A stretch of DNA of 64,000 nt from an uncultured bacterium (GTDB taxonomy: Bacteria; Eisenbacteria; RBG-16-71-46). Below the pieces are notes generated by a model. That model was given only the letters and a program-made list of their open reading frames with translations. It had not been told where the DNA came from and did no database searches. Location of the stretch: contig CAZIVR010000002.1 of assembly GCA_964542745.1 (NCBI GenBank), positions 27,300 through 91,299 of the forward strand, written 5' to 3'. Shown here piece after piece: positions 20,869 through 31,400 of this stretch. Position 1 is the first letter of the stretch. Every line of letters begins with the position of its first letter. The position numbers were made by a program, and so were the translations under genes.

Positions 20869-22376
20869 GAGCACCTCGCGCGAGTGCGGAGGTGGGGCCC
20901 GCCGCTCGTCACCGGCACGAACTCCTTGTGGCCCTTGCCGCAGGTGCCGGGCTCCAGCTCGAAGTCGTTCGCGATCTTCGTGATGTTGGAGAGGATCTCC
21001 GGCACGTAGCCGGTCACGGTGACCGGGGAGAAGATCCGCCCGGTGGGCTTGCCCTTCCGGTACTCGCGGGCGACGTTGGCCGTGAACTGGATGCCCCAGC
21101 CCTGCGGGTCCTCGATGCCGTTGCGGAATCCCTCGAGCACCATGCCGTCCTCGAGGTCCGCGAGCAGCTCGGCGGGCTCGCTCGTGCCGCGCGCGAAGAA
21201 CGTGTTGGACATGCGCGCGTACACCTTGCGGTCCCACGCCTGCGCCCGGCCGTTCGGGGTGCGCGGCGTGCCGAGCACGGTGGCCGACATGAGATCGGTG
21301 AGGGGCCGCACGAACACTCCGTCCTCGATGATGGTGGTGGGCGCGGCCAGCACCCCCTCGTCGTCGAAGGGGTACGAGCCGCGCGCGCCCGCGATCGAGG
21401 GATCGTCGAGCAGCGTGACGATCTTCGAGGCCACCGGCTTGCCGAGGAACTCGCGGGCCTTGGCCCGGTCCTTCACGAACTGGTCCATCTCGACGCCGTG
21501 CCCGAAGCTCTCGTGCGCGAGCAGACCCGACACCGGGGGCGAGAGCACCACGTCGTACTCCCCGGCGGGCATGGGCTCGGCCCCGAACGACTCCGCGAAC
21601 TCCCGGCGCATGCGCTCGACCTGCGCGTCGGTGAGCGCGGCGAGTTCGAGCCCGCCCTGGCCGGTGCGCCGCGCGAAGCCGAACCCCGGCTTGCCCTGGT
21701 CGAAGCCGAACAGCAGGACGTTGTGCGACACCATGGTGCGCTGGCTCGCGAGCCGGCGCGTCGGATCCACGAACAGGCGCCGCACGTCCACGACCTCGGT
21801 GCTGACCCGCACGCTCCGCACCCGCGGGTCGTCGAGGTTCACGCGGTCGAATTCCGCGTCCACCGCCGCCACGCGCTCGGCGAGCGGGACCGCCGCGGGG
21901 TCGCGCTGCCCGCGCTCGCTCCAGCTCCGGACCAGCGGCGGCAGCGGCGCGATGCGGTGGAGCGCCTTGCCGGCGGGCACGTCGCGGAGCAGGCCGCGCG
22001 CGGCCTCGCGGAGCGCGTCGCGGGAGGTGCCGCCCACACCCGCCTCGTGGAACACGGCGCCGTCGAACACGCGCAGGGTCACGCCGCGCGAGGGGAAGCC
22101 CGCCTCGCTGACGCGCTTCCCGTTCCGGTCGCGGCTGATGCTCACGCCGGCGCTGGACATGAAGAGCGCCGAGGCGTAGGGGAATTTCCGGCGGAGGTCG
22201 GCCACGATGGCGGCCAGATCGTCGCCGAGCGTTCCGGGGAAGCCGTCGCCGGCGGGCGGCGCGGCACGGCCTTCGCGAGCGAAGAGGATCTGCTCGGCGA
22301 GGGACCCCGCGACCAGCACGCCGGCGAGCGACGCGCCGCCGCGCAGCAGGAATTGGCGACGATCGAGCGGAACCAT
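20865..22376 (-). CDS. tldD: TldD family metalloprotease with twin-arginine (Tat) signal peptide
   Basis: HESFGHGVE (HExxxH) motif. The N-terminus MVPLDRRQFLLRGGASLAGVLVAGSLA carries an RRxFL Tat motif. Confidence 0.7.
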   Translation of the reverse strand: MVPLDRRQFLLRGGASLAGVLVAGSLAEQILFAREGRAAPPAGDGFPGTLGDDLAAIVADLRRKFPYASALFMSSAGVSISRDRNGKRVSEAGFPSRGVTLRVFDGAVFHEAGVGGTSRDALREAARGLLRDVPAGKALHRIAPLPPLVRSWSERGQRDPAAVPLAERVAAVDAEFDRVNLDDPRVRSVRVSTEVVDVRRLFVDPTRRLASQRTMVSHNVLLFGFDQGKPGFGFARRTGQGGLELAALTDAQVERMRREFAESFGAEPMPAGEYDVVLSPPVSGLLAHESFGHGVEMDQFVKDRAKAREFLGKPVASKIVTLLDDPSIAGARGSYPFDDEGVLAAPTTIIEDGVFVRPLTDLMSATVLGTPRTPNGRAQAWDRKVYARMSNTFFARGTSEPAELLADLEDGMVLEGFRNGIEDPQGWGIQFTANVAREYRKGKPTGRIFSPVTVTGYVPEILSNITKIANDFELEPGTCGKGHKEFVPVTSGGPHLRTRARCS

Positions 22377-22656
22377 GGGGGCGCACGGTACGCGGCCGGA
22401 CCCCCGGGTCTCAACCCCTCCGGACCTGCGTGCCGTGGCGCGGGACGAGCGCGGGGGAGGGCGCCGCGGGAATCGGGCCCGATCCCCCGGGGGGCCTGGG
22501 CCGTGCGGATACCGCTTTCCGCGCCGGGCGATCCCGCGTAGACTCTTCGCCGTTCTTCCCGCCCGCATCCACGGTGCCGGCCCCAGCGGGCCGGCGCTCG
22601 AATTCAATGACCGGCCCTCCGCCGCGGGGCTGCTTCCGGAAAGGCACGTCCCCGTC

Positions 22657-24843
22657 GTGCGCCAGCCTCTCGCGCTGCTCCTCGCGTCGTTCCTCGGCCT
22701 CTCCGGCTTCGCCGGCGCCGCCCGCGCCGACCTCATCCTCTCCGAGCTCTGCGACCCGCAGAACAACTACCAGACCGACCGGTTCATCGAGATCTTCAAC
22801 TCGGGGCCGGGCTCCGTGAACCTCACCGGCTGGTCGGTGATCGCGGTCGCCAACAACGTCGAGGTGACGACGTGGAACCTGTCCGGGACGATCGCCGCCG
22901 GGCAGGCGCTGGTGTGCGGGAACAACTCCACCGTGACCGGGTTCACCGTGAACTTCCAGAACGCCCAGTGGGGCAGCTCGGGCTACTTCAACTGGAACGG
23001 GAAGATCGGCGACGGGGCGCGCCTCAAGAACGGCGCGACGCTGGTGGACCAGGTGGTGGCGCCCGGCGACCTGTTCGAGAACAAGACCCTGGTGCGCAAT
23101 TCCAACATCAGCGTGCCGACCACGGTCTACAACGCGTCCGAGTGGACCGCGACCGCGAAGATCCTCGCCACCGACGCCACGCCCGGCTCGCACAACGGTT
23201 CGCTTCCGCCGGCGGCGGGCCCGGTGATCGCGAACATCTCGACCTTCCCGGCGAGCCCCGCGGCGGGCAACCCGGTCACCGTGAGCGCGACGGTCGTGGA
23301 CACCGCCGGCCCGGTCTCCTCGGTGACCCTCGACTGGGGCTTCTCGTCGGGCTCGCTGGGCAACGCGATCAACATGTCGCTGATTTCGGACAGCACCTAC
23401 ACGGCCGACTCCGCGATCCCCGGCCAGTCCGCCGGGGTCTCGGTCTACTACCGGATCTCAGCGACCGGTCCCGCCCAGACCAGCCAGTCCAACGTGCGCA
23501 GCTACACGATCCCGGGGACGAGCGGGGCCCCGACGATCCTGGCGGTGGGGCAATTGAGCGACTCGACGCTGCTCGTCAGCTTCAGCGAACCGGTGCAGGA
23601 GGCGAGCGCGGAGGTGGCGTCGAACTACACGGTGGGCGCGCTGGTCGCGGTGAACGCGGTGTGGGACCCGGCGCGCACCGCCGAGGTGACGATCACGGTG
23701 CGGAACATCCCGCCCGGCTCGCGCACCCTGACCGTCACGGGCGTGCAGGACCTCGACGGCAACCCGACCTCGGGCGCGACCAAGGGCTTCACCTACGTGG
23801 ACGTGACCATTCCGGCCGGCTACTACGCGAGCACCACCGGCCTCCGGGGTTCGGCGCTGCGCGTCGCGCTCCACAACCTGATGAAGAACCACACGGTGCA
23901 GAGCTACTCGTACGCGCTGACCGCCTTCGCCACCACCGACCTCCAGCCCAACGGCAAGATCTGGGACATGTATTCCGACGTGCCCGGCGGCACGCCGCCC
24001 TACACGTACAACTGGGGCGACACCGGGCAGGGAGCGACCGAGGGGCTCGGCTACAACCGCGAGCACACCTGGCCGCAGTCGTGGTTCAACAGCAGTTCAC
24101 CGATGGTCTCGGACCTCTGGAACCTGTTCCCGAGCGACGCCAAGGTGAACGGGTACCGCGGCAACTACCCTTACGGCGACGTGGGCACGGCGACCATCAC
24201 GTCGCTGAACGGCAGCAAGGTCGGCCCGAACATCAGCCCCGGCTACACCGGCACCGTGTTCGAGCCGATCGACGCGTACAAGGGCGACCTCGCGCGCTTC
24301 CACCTCTACATGTCCACCCGCTACTTCGGGCAGGACGCCGGCTGGCCCGGCAGCGCGTCCACGAACGGAGCCGAGTTCGAGCCGTGGGCGCTCACGCTCT
24401 ACCGGCAGTGGCACGCCGCCGACCCGGTGAGCTGGAAGGAGCGCCTGCGCAACGGCGCGATCTACACGATGCAGAACAACCGGAACCCGTTCGTGGACCA
24501 CCCGGAGTTCCTCGAGATGATCTGGGACTCGACCGCGGTAACCGGGGTCGGGAGCCCGCTCGCGGGCGCGCTCCAGCTCCGCAATTCGCCGAACCCGTTC
24601 GCGGGACGCACCGCGATCGGCTTCGACCTGCCCCGGGCCGAGCGCGTCGCGGTGGACATCTTCGACGTCACCGGGCGCCGGGTGCGCGCGCTGGCCGCGG
24701 GCCTCCGGCTCGAGCCCGGCACCCACGTGCTCGAGTGGGACGGTCGCGACGCCGACGGACGCTCGCTCGACCCGGGCCTCTACTTCTGCCGTCTCCACGC
24801 GGGGAACGCGAGCGAGACGAAACGGATGGTGCTCGCGCGCTAG
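22657..24843 (+). CDS. Secreted nuclease: lamin-tail domain + endonuclease I family domain + C-terminal sorting-type (T9SS/FlgD-Ig-like) domain
   Basis: Signal peptide MRQPLALLLASFLGLSGFAGAARA from GTG 22657. Lamin-tail domain (LTD) block LILSELCDPQNNYQTDRFIEIFNSG...NLTGWSV. Endonuclease-I blocks NREHTWPQSWF and NRNPFVDHPEF. The C-terminus LRNSPNPFAGRTAIGFDLPRAERVAVDIFDVTGRRV...GLYFCRL resembles Por_Secre_tail / FlgD Ig-like domains. Confidence 0.65.
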   Translation: MRQPLALLLASFLGLSGFAGAARADLILSELCDPQNNYQTDRFIEIFNSGPGSVNLTGWSVIAVANNVEVTTWNLSGTIAAGQALVCGNNSTVTGFTVNFQNAQWGSSGYFNWNGKIGDGARLKNGATLVDQVVAPGDLFENKTLVRNSNISVPTTVYNASEWTATAKILATDATPGSHNGSLPPAAGPVIANISTFPASPAAGNPVTVSATVVDTAGPVSSVTLDWGFSSGSLGNAINMSLISDSTYTADSAIPGQSAGVSVYYRISATGPAQTSQSNVRSYTIPGTSGAPTILAVGQLSDSTLLVSFSEPVQEASAEVASNYTVGALVAVNAVWDPARTAEVTITVRNIPPGSRTLTVTGVQDLDGNPTSGATKGFTYVDVTIPAGYYASTTGLRGSALRVALHNLMKNHTVQSYSYALTAFATTDLQPNGKIWDMYSDVPGGTPPYTYNWGDTGQGATEGLGYNREHTWPQSWFNSSSPMVSDLWNLFPSDAKVNGYRGNYPYGDVGTATITSLNGSKVGPNISPGYTGTVFEPIDAYKGDLARFHLYMSTRYFGQDAGWPGSASTNGAEFEPWALTLYRQWHAADPVSWKERLRNGAIYTMQNNRNPFVDHPEFLEMIWDSTAVTGVGSPLAGALQLRNSPNPFAGRTAIGFDLPRAERVAVDIFDVTGRRVRALAAGLRLEPGTHVLEWDGRDADGRSLDPGLYFCRLHAGNASETKRMVLAR

Positions 24844-24903
24844 GACGGCCGCGGCTTGTGGCGCAGGGAGCTTTCCACGATTCGTCCCCGGGAGTGCCTT
24901 CGC

Positions 24904-25620
24904 ATGAAACTCCAGGTCGCCTGCCGCCTCGCCCTCCTCGGCCTCGCGCTCGGCGGGCTCACCCTCCACGCCCCGCCCGCCCGCGCGGGAGCGATGTCCT
25001 CGCTCGCCACGTGCACCGGCGCGCAGGAGGTCACCTTCTCGTGGGACTGGTACGAGTTCGAGTCCTACGTCACCAACCGGCCCGAATGGGTGGGCTACGA
25101 CGTGATGCGGCGCTCCGTCACCCAATGCACTCCCTACCAGCGGCTCAACGCGCAGCCGATTGCCCGCACCGTGGGCCTTTCGCACTCGCGCCAGTTCGTG
25201 GACGCGACGGTGCAGGTGGGCCAGACCTACGAGTACCGGGCGATCCCCGTGGACGCCAACCGCGTCGCCGTGGTCATGAGCTTCCCGGATTGCGAGCCGC
25301 CGTGCGTCAAACCGGCGTGGGCGAGCTGCCCCGCGGCCTCGGCCCCGCTCACGATCGGCAGGCTCGAGGACTGGGGCTGGGCGCTCCACGTGTCGCCGTG
25401 CCCCGGGTCCTGCTACTTCGGTTTCTATTTCGACGGCCCGGTGGCCAGCGACCTCCGGGCGCAGGGCCGGGTCGGGACCGACGTCAGCCTTTACGGCACG
25501 GGCTGGTGCTGCGGACTGGAAGGCGCCGCGATGGACGCGGTCGCGTGGCAGCCCGCCAACTGCTCGATCACCCCCGCCCGCCGCTCCTCCTGGGGTGAGT
25601 TGAAGGTCCTCTACCGTTGA
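24904..25620 (+). CDS. Hypothetical secreted Cys-rich protein ending in [10 protein letters not shown]
   Basis: Signal peptide [23 protein letters not shown] and many Cys residues. The C-terminal tag is shared with the CDS at 42036-42827. Confidence 0.5.
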   Translation: MKLQVACRLALLGLALGGLTLHAPPARAGAMSSLATCTGAQEVTFSWDWYEFESYVTNRPEWVGYDVMRRSVTQCTPYQRLNAQPIARTVGLSHSRQFVDATVQVGQTYEYRAIPVDANRVAVVMSFPDCEPPCVKPAWASCPAASAPLTIGRLEDWGWALHVSPCPGSCYFGFYFDGPVASDLRAQGRVGTDVSLYGTGWCCGLEGAAMDAVAWQPANCSITPARRSSWGELKVLYR

Positions 25621-25655
25621 ACCCCGAGGCGGCCGGCGCGGGGGGGAGCGGGCGG

Positions 25656-26711
25656 TTGGAGCTGGGGCTCTACTCCTTCGCCGAAGTCGCCCTTGCGGGC
25701 CCGGGACGCGCCGCGGGAGATCCCGGGCAGCGACTGCGCGATCTCGTCGAGGAGATCGAGCTGGCCGACCGGGTCGGACTCGACGTGTTCGGCGTGGGCG
25801 AGCACCATCGCGCCGACTACGCGGTCTCGGCGCCCGGCGTGGTGCTCGCGGCCGCGGCGGCGCGCACGAAGCGCATCCGGCTCACCAGCGCGGTCAACGT
25901 GATCAGCTCCGACGACCCCGTGCGCGTCTTCCAGGAATTCGCCACCCTCGACCAGCTTTCGGGCGGGCGCGCCGAGATCATGGCGGGGCGCGGATCGTTC
26001 ATCGAGTCCTTCCCGCTGTTCGGCTACGACCTCGACGACTACGAGGAGCTGTTCGCCGAGAAGCTCGGCCTGCTGCTCGAGCTGCGCAAGGGCGGCCGGA
26101 TCACCTGGTCGGGGAAGCATCGCGCGGCGATCCCGGGGCTGGCCGTCCACCCGCGCCCGGCGCAGGACCCGATCCCGGTGTGGATCGCGGTGGGAGGGAC
26201 GCCGCAGTCGGCGGTGCGCGCCGCCACGCTCGGGCTGCCGATGGCGCTCGCCATCATCGGCGGCGAGCCCGCGCGCTTCGTGCCGCTGGTCGAGCGCTAC
26301 CGCGACGCCGCCCGCGCGGCGGGGCGCGACCCCGCGGCGCTCGCGGTCGGCATCAACTCGCACGGCTGGATCGCCGCGGACGACGACGCCGCGGTGCGCG
26401 AGGCGTGGCCCCCCTACGCGGAGGTGATGACCCGCATCGGTCGCGAGCGCGGCTGGCCCCCGGCGAGCCGCGAACGCTTCGAGGCCGAGCGCGGCCCCGG
26501 CGGGGCGCTGCTGGTCGGGAGTCCCGAGCGGGTGGCCGGGAAGATCCTCCACGAGCACGCGCTGTTCGGCATGCAGCGGTTCCTGCTCCAGCTCACCGTC
26601 GGCCCCATGCCGCACGAGCGAGTGCTCGAAGCGATCGAGCTCTACGGCACGAAGGTGGCGCCGCTCGTCCGGCGGGAGCTGGCGGCGCGGGCCGGGGCCG
26701 CGGCGGGCTGA
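25656..26711 (+). CDS. LLM-class (luciferase-like) flavin-dependent oxidoreductase
   Basis: The LELGLYSF...VGEHH...SAVNVIS...[13 protein letters not shown] pattern is typical of F420/FMN LLM enzymes. TTG 25656 has GGGGGAG 6 nt upstream. The alternative start is TTG 25617, which overlaps the previous stop. Confidence 0.65.
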   Translation: MELGLYSFAEVALAGPGRAAGDPGQRLRDLVEEIELADRVGLDVFGVGEHHRADYAVSAPGVVLAAAAARTKRIRLTSAVNVISSDDPVRVFQEFATLDQLSGGRAEIMAGRGSFIESFPLFGYDLDDYEELFAEKLGLLLELRKGGRITWSGKHRAAIPGLAVHPRPAQDPIPVWIAVGGTPQSAVRAATLGLPMALAIIGGEPARFVPLVERYRDAARAAGRDPAALAVGINSHGWIAADDDAAVREAWPPYAEVMTRIGRERGWPPASRERFEAERGPGGALLVGSPERVAGKILHEHALFGMQRFLLQLTVGPMPHERVLEAIELYGTKVAPLVRRELAARAGAAAG

Positions 26712-26735
26712 GCCCCGCCGCCCGGGCGGCGCGCC

Positions 26736-28382
26736 TCAGCCGTGAACGCCGGCGGCCTCGCTGCCGGTGCGCTCGACGAACTCCACGTACGACCCGCCGT
26801 ATTCCAGCGGGCGCTTCGCGGGGACGCCGTTGCCGTCGCCGGGACGCAGCTCGAGCACTCGGTTGCTCAGGCCCCGCAGGAACGTCCGGTCGTGGCTCAC
26901 GAACAGCATGGTGCCCTCGAAGTCCCGGAGGGATTCGACGAGCATTTCCTTGGTCTCGAGGTCGAGGTGGTTGGTGGGCTCGTCGAGCACCAGGAAGTTG
27001 GGCGGATCGAACAGCATGCGCGCGAGCACCAGCCGCGACTTCTCGCCGCCGGAGAGCACGCGGATCGGCTTGTCCACGTCGGGGCCGGAGAACTGGAAGG
27101 CTCCGAGCAGGTTCTTGAGCACGCCCTGCCCCGCCTGCGGAAAGTCCTTCTGGACCTGCTCGAACACCGAGAGCGCGGGGTCGAGCAGGTCGAGCGCCTG
27201 CTGCGAGAAGTACCCGAGCTTGAGCGACGCCCCGAGCCGCACCGTGCCGGCGTCGGGCGCCAGCACGCCCACGACCAGGCGCAGCAGCGTGGTCTTGCCC
27301 GCGCCGTTCCGCCCCATCACGCACCAGCGCTCGCCGCGGCGGATGTTGAAGTCGAACCCGTCGAGGATCACGCGCTCGCCGTACGCCTTGCGCAGCCCGC
27401 GCACCTCGACCACGTCCTCGCCCGAGCGCGGGGGCGAAGGAAAACGGAACTCGACCACCCGCCGGCGGCGCGGGAGCTCCACCTTCTCGATCTTCTCCAG
27501 CTTCTTCACCCGGCTCTGCACCTGCGCGGCCTTCGCGGCGTGGGCCTTGAAGCGCTCGATGAAGCGCTGCTCCTTGGCGAGCATCGCCTGCTGGCGCGCG
27601 TGCGCGGCCTCGCGGTTGGCGTTGGCGATGGCGCGTTCGCGCACGTAGAAGTCGTAGTTGCCGGTGTAGGTGGTGAACTCGCCGCCGTCGATCTCGACGA
27701 TGCGGTCCACGACGCGGTTCATGAAGTCCTTGTCGTGGCAGGTCATCAGCACCGCGCCCGGGTAGTCCTTGATGAAGCGCTCGAGCCACAGGATGGACTC
27801 GATGTCGAGGTGGTTGGTGGGCTCGTCCATGAGCAGCACGTCGGGGCGCCCGAGCAGGATGCGGGCGAGGCCCACGCGCATCTTCCAGCCGCCCGAGAGC
27901 GCCCCGGCGTCGCCCCCGACCTGGGCGTCCTCGAAGCCCAGCCCGTGCAGGATCTCGCGGGCGCGGGCCTCGAGGTCGTAGCCGCCGCCCCGTTCGTACT
28001 CCTCCTGCACGTGGCCGAAGCGCTCGAGGATCCGGTCCATGTCGGCGGCGCGCTCGGGGTCGGCCATGGCCGCCTCGAGGTCCTTCAGCTCGTGGTGCAG
28101 GTCGCCGAGCGCGCCGCTGCTGGCGATGGTCTCGTCGAGCACCGTGCGGCCGGCCATCTCGCCGATGTCCTGCCGGTAGTAGCCGATCCGGATCCGCCTG
28201 GGGACCGTGACCTCGCCCTCGTCCGGGCTCTCCTCGCCGACGATCATGCGGAAGGCCGTGGTCTTGCCGGCGCCGTTGGGCCCGACCAGCCCGGCTTTTT
28301 CGCCCGGATTCAGCTGGAACGAGGCCTCGACGAACAGCACCTGTCGGCCGTACTGCTTGGAGACGCCGGTGAACGCGATCAT
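26736..28382 (-). CDS. ABC-F family ATPase (tandem ABC domains, no TMD; translation-factor type)
   Basis: Two Walker A sites (GPNGAGKTT, GRNGAGKTT), two ABC signatures (LSGGWKMR, LSGGEKSR), and an inter-domain linker. Confidence 0.85.
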   Translation of the reverse strand: MIAFTGVSKQYGRQVLFVEASFQLNPGEKAGLVGPNGAGKTTAFRMIVGEESPDEGEVTVPRRIRIGYYRQDIGEMAGRTVLDETIASSGALGDLHHELKDLEAAMADPERAADMDRILERFGHVQEEYERGGGYDLEARAREILHGLGFEDAQVGGDAGALSGGWKMRVGLARILLGRPDVLLMDEPTNHLDIESILWLERFIKDYPGAVLMTCHDKDFMNRVVDRIVEIDGGEFTTYTGNYDFYVRERAIANANREAAHARQQAMLAKEQRFIERFKAHAAKAAQVQSRVKKLEKIEKVELPRRRRVVEFRFPSPPRSGEDVVEVRGLRKAYGERVILDGFDFNIRRGERWCVMGRNGAGKTTLLRLVVGVLAPDAGTVRLGASLKLGYFSQQALDLLDPALSVFEQVQKDFPQAGQGVLKNLLGAFQFSGPDVDKPIRVLSGGEKSRLVLARMLFDPPNFLVLDEPTNHLDLETKEMLVESLRDFEGTMLFVSHDRTFLRGLSNRVLELRPGDGNGVPAKRPLEYGGSYVEFVERTGSEAAGVHG

Positions 28383-28479
28383 GGGCCGGCGATCCTAGCA
28401 GGTGGGCGAGGGAGCGCGCCGGAATCGGCCGCGCCCGCCGGACGCGGCGCCCGGCCCCGAGTTCTGACATGATGCGCGG

Positions 28480-31400
28480 ATGACCTCGACGCCCTCCCCC
28501 GATGGAATCGCCGGGCCGTTCCTCTCCGACGTCCGCACGGAATCGCGCCGGCTGCCGTCTACCATCCGCGACCGCGGCCGGGCGTACCTGCGCGAGGGAC
28601 GCGTCGGCCCGCTCGAGATCCGGCCCGACCGGGTGAGCGCGGCCGTTCGCGGCACCCGCACCTACCGCACCTCGTGGACGTGGGACGGTCAGATCGCCAC
28701 CCCGCGCTGCACCTGCCCCGCCGGCCCGTGGTGCAAGCACGCCTTCGCCCTGGCGGCCGCGATGGAGGACAGCGCGAACGACCGGGCGGCCGTGGCACGC
28801 CCGCCGCGCGAGCGCTCGCCCTGGAATCCGCCGCCGGGCGAGGGCGCCGACGCGGCGGTGGCGAGCGATCTCGCCGAGTGGGCGCGCCGTCGCAACGAGC
28901 CCCACGACCGGTCGCTCCGCGTGGTCGCGGGCGTGGACGACGGCTTCGACGGGGATCCCGCGGTGTGGATCGAGGTGCGCCTCACCGGGCCGCACCTGCG
29001 CGACGCGCCGCGCAGCCGCCGCCACCTCCAGAGCCTCGCCTCCGAGCTGGCCATGAACCGCGCGATCCTCGCGCCGCCGCACGCCCGCCTCCTCCTGCTC
29101 CTGTCGCGGCTGCTGCCCGAGTCCCGCGGGTTCGACGAGACGCGCATCGCGCTCGGGGCGGGCGCCCTGAACCGGCTGCTCGACAGCTTTTCCGGGTCGC
29201 CGCTCGTGACGTGGGACGAGGCGGCGGAGGACGCGCCGCGCGGCGGGGTCACCCCGGGAGCGCGGCTCCGGCTCGGGGACGTCCCCGTGGACCTGGTGCC
29301 GGTCTCGGCCGGCGAGGGCCCGGCGCCGCGGCTCACGCTCGCCGCGCGCTGGCCGGACGGCGCGACCGCGACGCTCGACGAGTTCGTGTTCCTCGGCTCG
29401 GAGGACGAACTGAACCCGAGCCTGGTGCTCCATCACGGCGCCTTCTGGCGGGTCGCCGAGGCGCCGCCCGCGCACGTGGTCCGCCGCATGGTCGCGGGCG
29501 GGGGGCTCGACATGCCGAAGAGCGGGCGCGAGCGGTTCGTGCGGGCGCTCGCCGAGGGATTTTCGGACGTGAGCGGCGCGCTCGGTTCCCACATGATCGT
29601 CCATCGCGCGCGGCCGCTGGTCACGCTCGAGCTGGGCCTGGACGACTGGCTCCACGTGCGGCTCTTCGCGCACACCGCCGGGGCGGACTGGGTGCCGGGC
29701 GCACCGGCCGGCCCCGGCGTGGCCTTCGAGCTCGACGCGCAGGGCGAGTGGATCCGCATTCCGGATCCGGGTCCCGCGCTCGAGCTGCGCGAGGAACTCA
29801 CGGAGCTGGCGGCCGCTTCCGGAGCGGACGCGGCCCCGCCCGGCGCGGATCCCGGGCCGGCGCCGGGCCCCGCGGGGGATCCCGCCGATCCGGCGGGCGC
29901 GGAGACCGGCGCGGAGGATCCGGGGGACGTCGCGCCGGAGGCGCGCGACGTGTGGGTGGAGGTGCCCGACCCGGAGCCGCTCGAGCCGGTGCGGGAGTGG
30001 CTCGCGTCGCTGCCCTTCGCCCACGGCGGCGCGCGCCTCGCGAAGCGCAAGGCCCGCGATCCCCAGCTCGCCGAGCGCGGCGCGTGGATCTTCCTCGGGC
30101 CGAACAAGGTGAACGAGGTCGCCACCGCCTGGGCGCGGCGGCCGGGCGGCGTGCGCTACCTGGGCAACGCGCTGGCGCGTGGCCTGCTCGCCGGGCCCCG
30201 GCTGGTGCGCACGCGCGTCTCGGTCACCTCGAGCGGCGTGGACTTCTTCACGATCTCGGCCGAGTGGCGGGCGGAAGGCATGTCGCTGACCGAAGCCGAC
30301 CTCGCCCGGCTGAGGGGGAGTCGCAGCCGGTTCGTGAAGCTGAGCGGCGGCTGGGTGGGACGCGACGTGGTGGACTCGCTCGACGCCGAGGCGGGCCTGC
30401 TCGCCGACCTCGGCATCGCCGTGGGGGAGGGCGAGCAGCGGGTGACACTGGCGCAGCTCGCGCAGGCGCGCCCCGAGAGCCTCGACGCCCTCGACGGGAT
30501 GGGAGCCGATCCCGCCACGCTCGGCGAGGTGCGGCGCCTGCGCGAGGCGGTGCGCTCCTTCAAGGGCCTGCCGCGCGTTCCGGTTCCGGCCCGGCTCAAG
30601 GCGAAGCTGCGCCCCTACCAGCGCGAGGGGCTCGACTTCCTCGCCTTCGTCACCGGGCTCGGACTGGGCGCGGTGCTGGCCGACGACATGGGCCTCGGCA
30701 AGACGGTGCAGGCGCTGGCCTGGATCGAGTGGCTGCGCGAGCGCGACCCCGACGGCGGCCCCGTGCTGGTGGTGTGCCCGGCCTCGGTGGTCCACAACTG
30801 GCAGCGCGAGTCCGAGCGGTTCACGCCGCACCTCCGGGTGCTGGAGCTGGCGAGCGGCGAGGAGCGCCACACCCTGCGCCGGGAGGTGCCGGAGCACGAC
30901 CTGGTGGTCACCAACTACGCGCTGTTCCGCCGGGACATCGAGCACTGGCGGAAGATCCCGCTGCGCGCCGCGATCCTCGACGAGGCCCAGAACGTGAAGA
31001 ACCCGAAGGCCGCGGTGAGCCGCGCCGCGCTCGAACTGGACGCGCGGCACCGGCTCGCGCTCACCGGCACGCCCATCGAGAACCGCGCCCTCGACCTGTG
31101 GAGCATCATGAACTTCGTGAACCCGGGCTACCTCGGGCGCCGTTCCGACTTCGTGGCGCGCTACGACCACCCGGAGGCGCCGCCGTTCGCGCGCCGGCTG
31201 CTCGCCGCGCGCCTGCGGCCGGTGCTCGTGCGCCGGCTCAAGGAGCAGGTGGCGCGCGACCTGCCGGACCGGATCGAGGAGCGCCTCGAGTGCGACCTCA
31301 CGTCCGGCCAGCGCAAGCTCTACCTGGCGGAGCTGATGCGCGGGCGCGAGTCGCTGGAGCGGCTGAAGCGCGCGCCGGGCGGGCTGGAGCGCGGGCGCAT

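Noticed and set aside
22207-22656. Upstream extension of the nuclease ORF to ATG 22207
   Set aside because: It would overlap tldD on the opposite strand by ~170 nt and precede the obvious signal peptide. GTG 22657 gives a canonical n-h-c signal.
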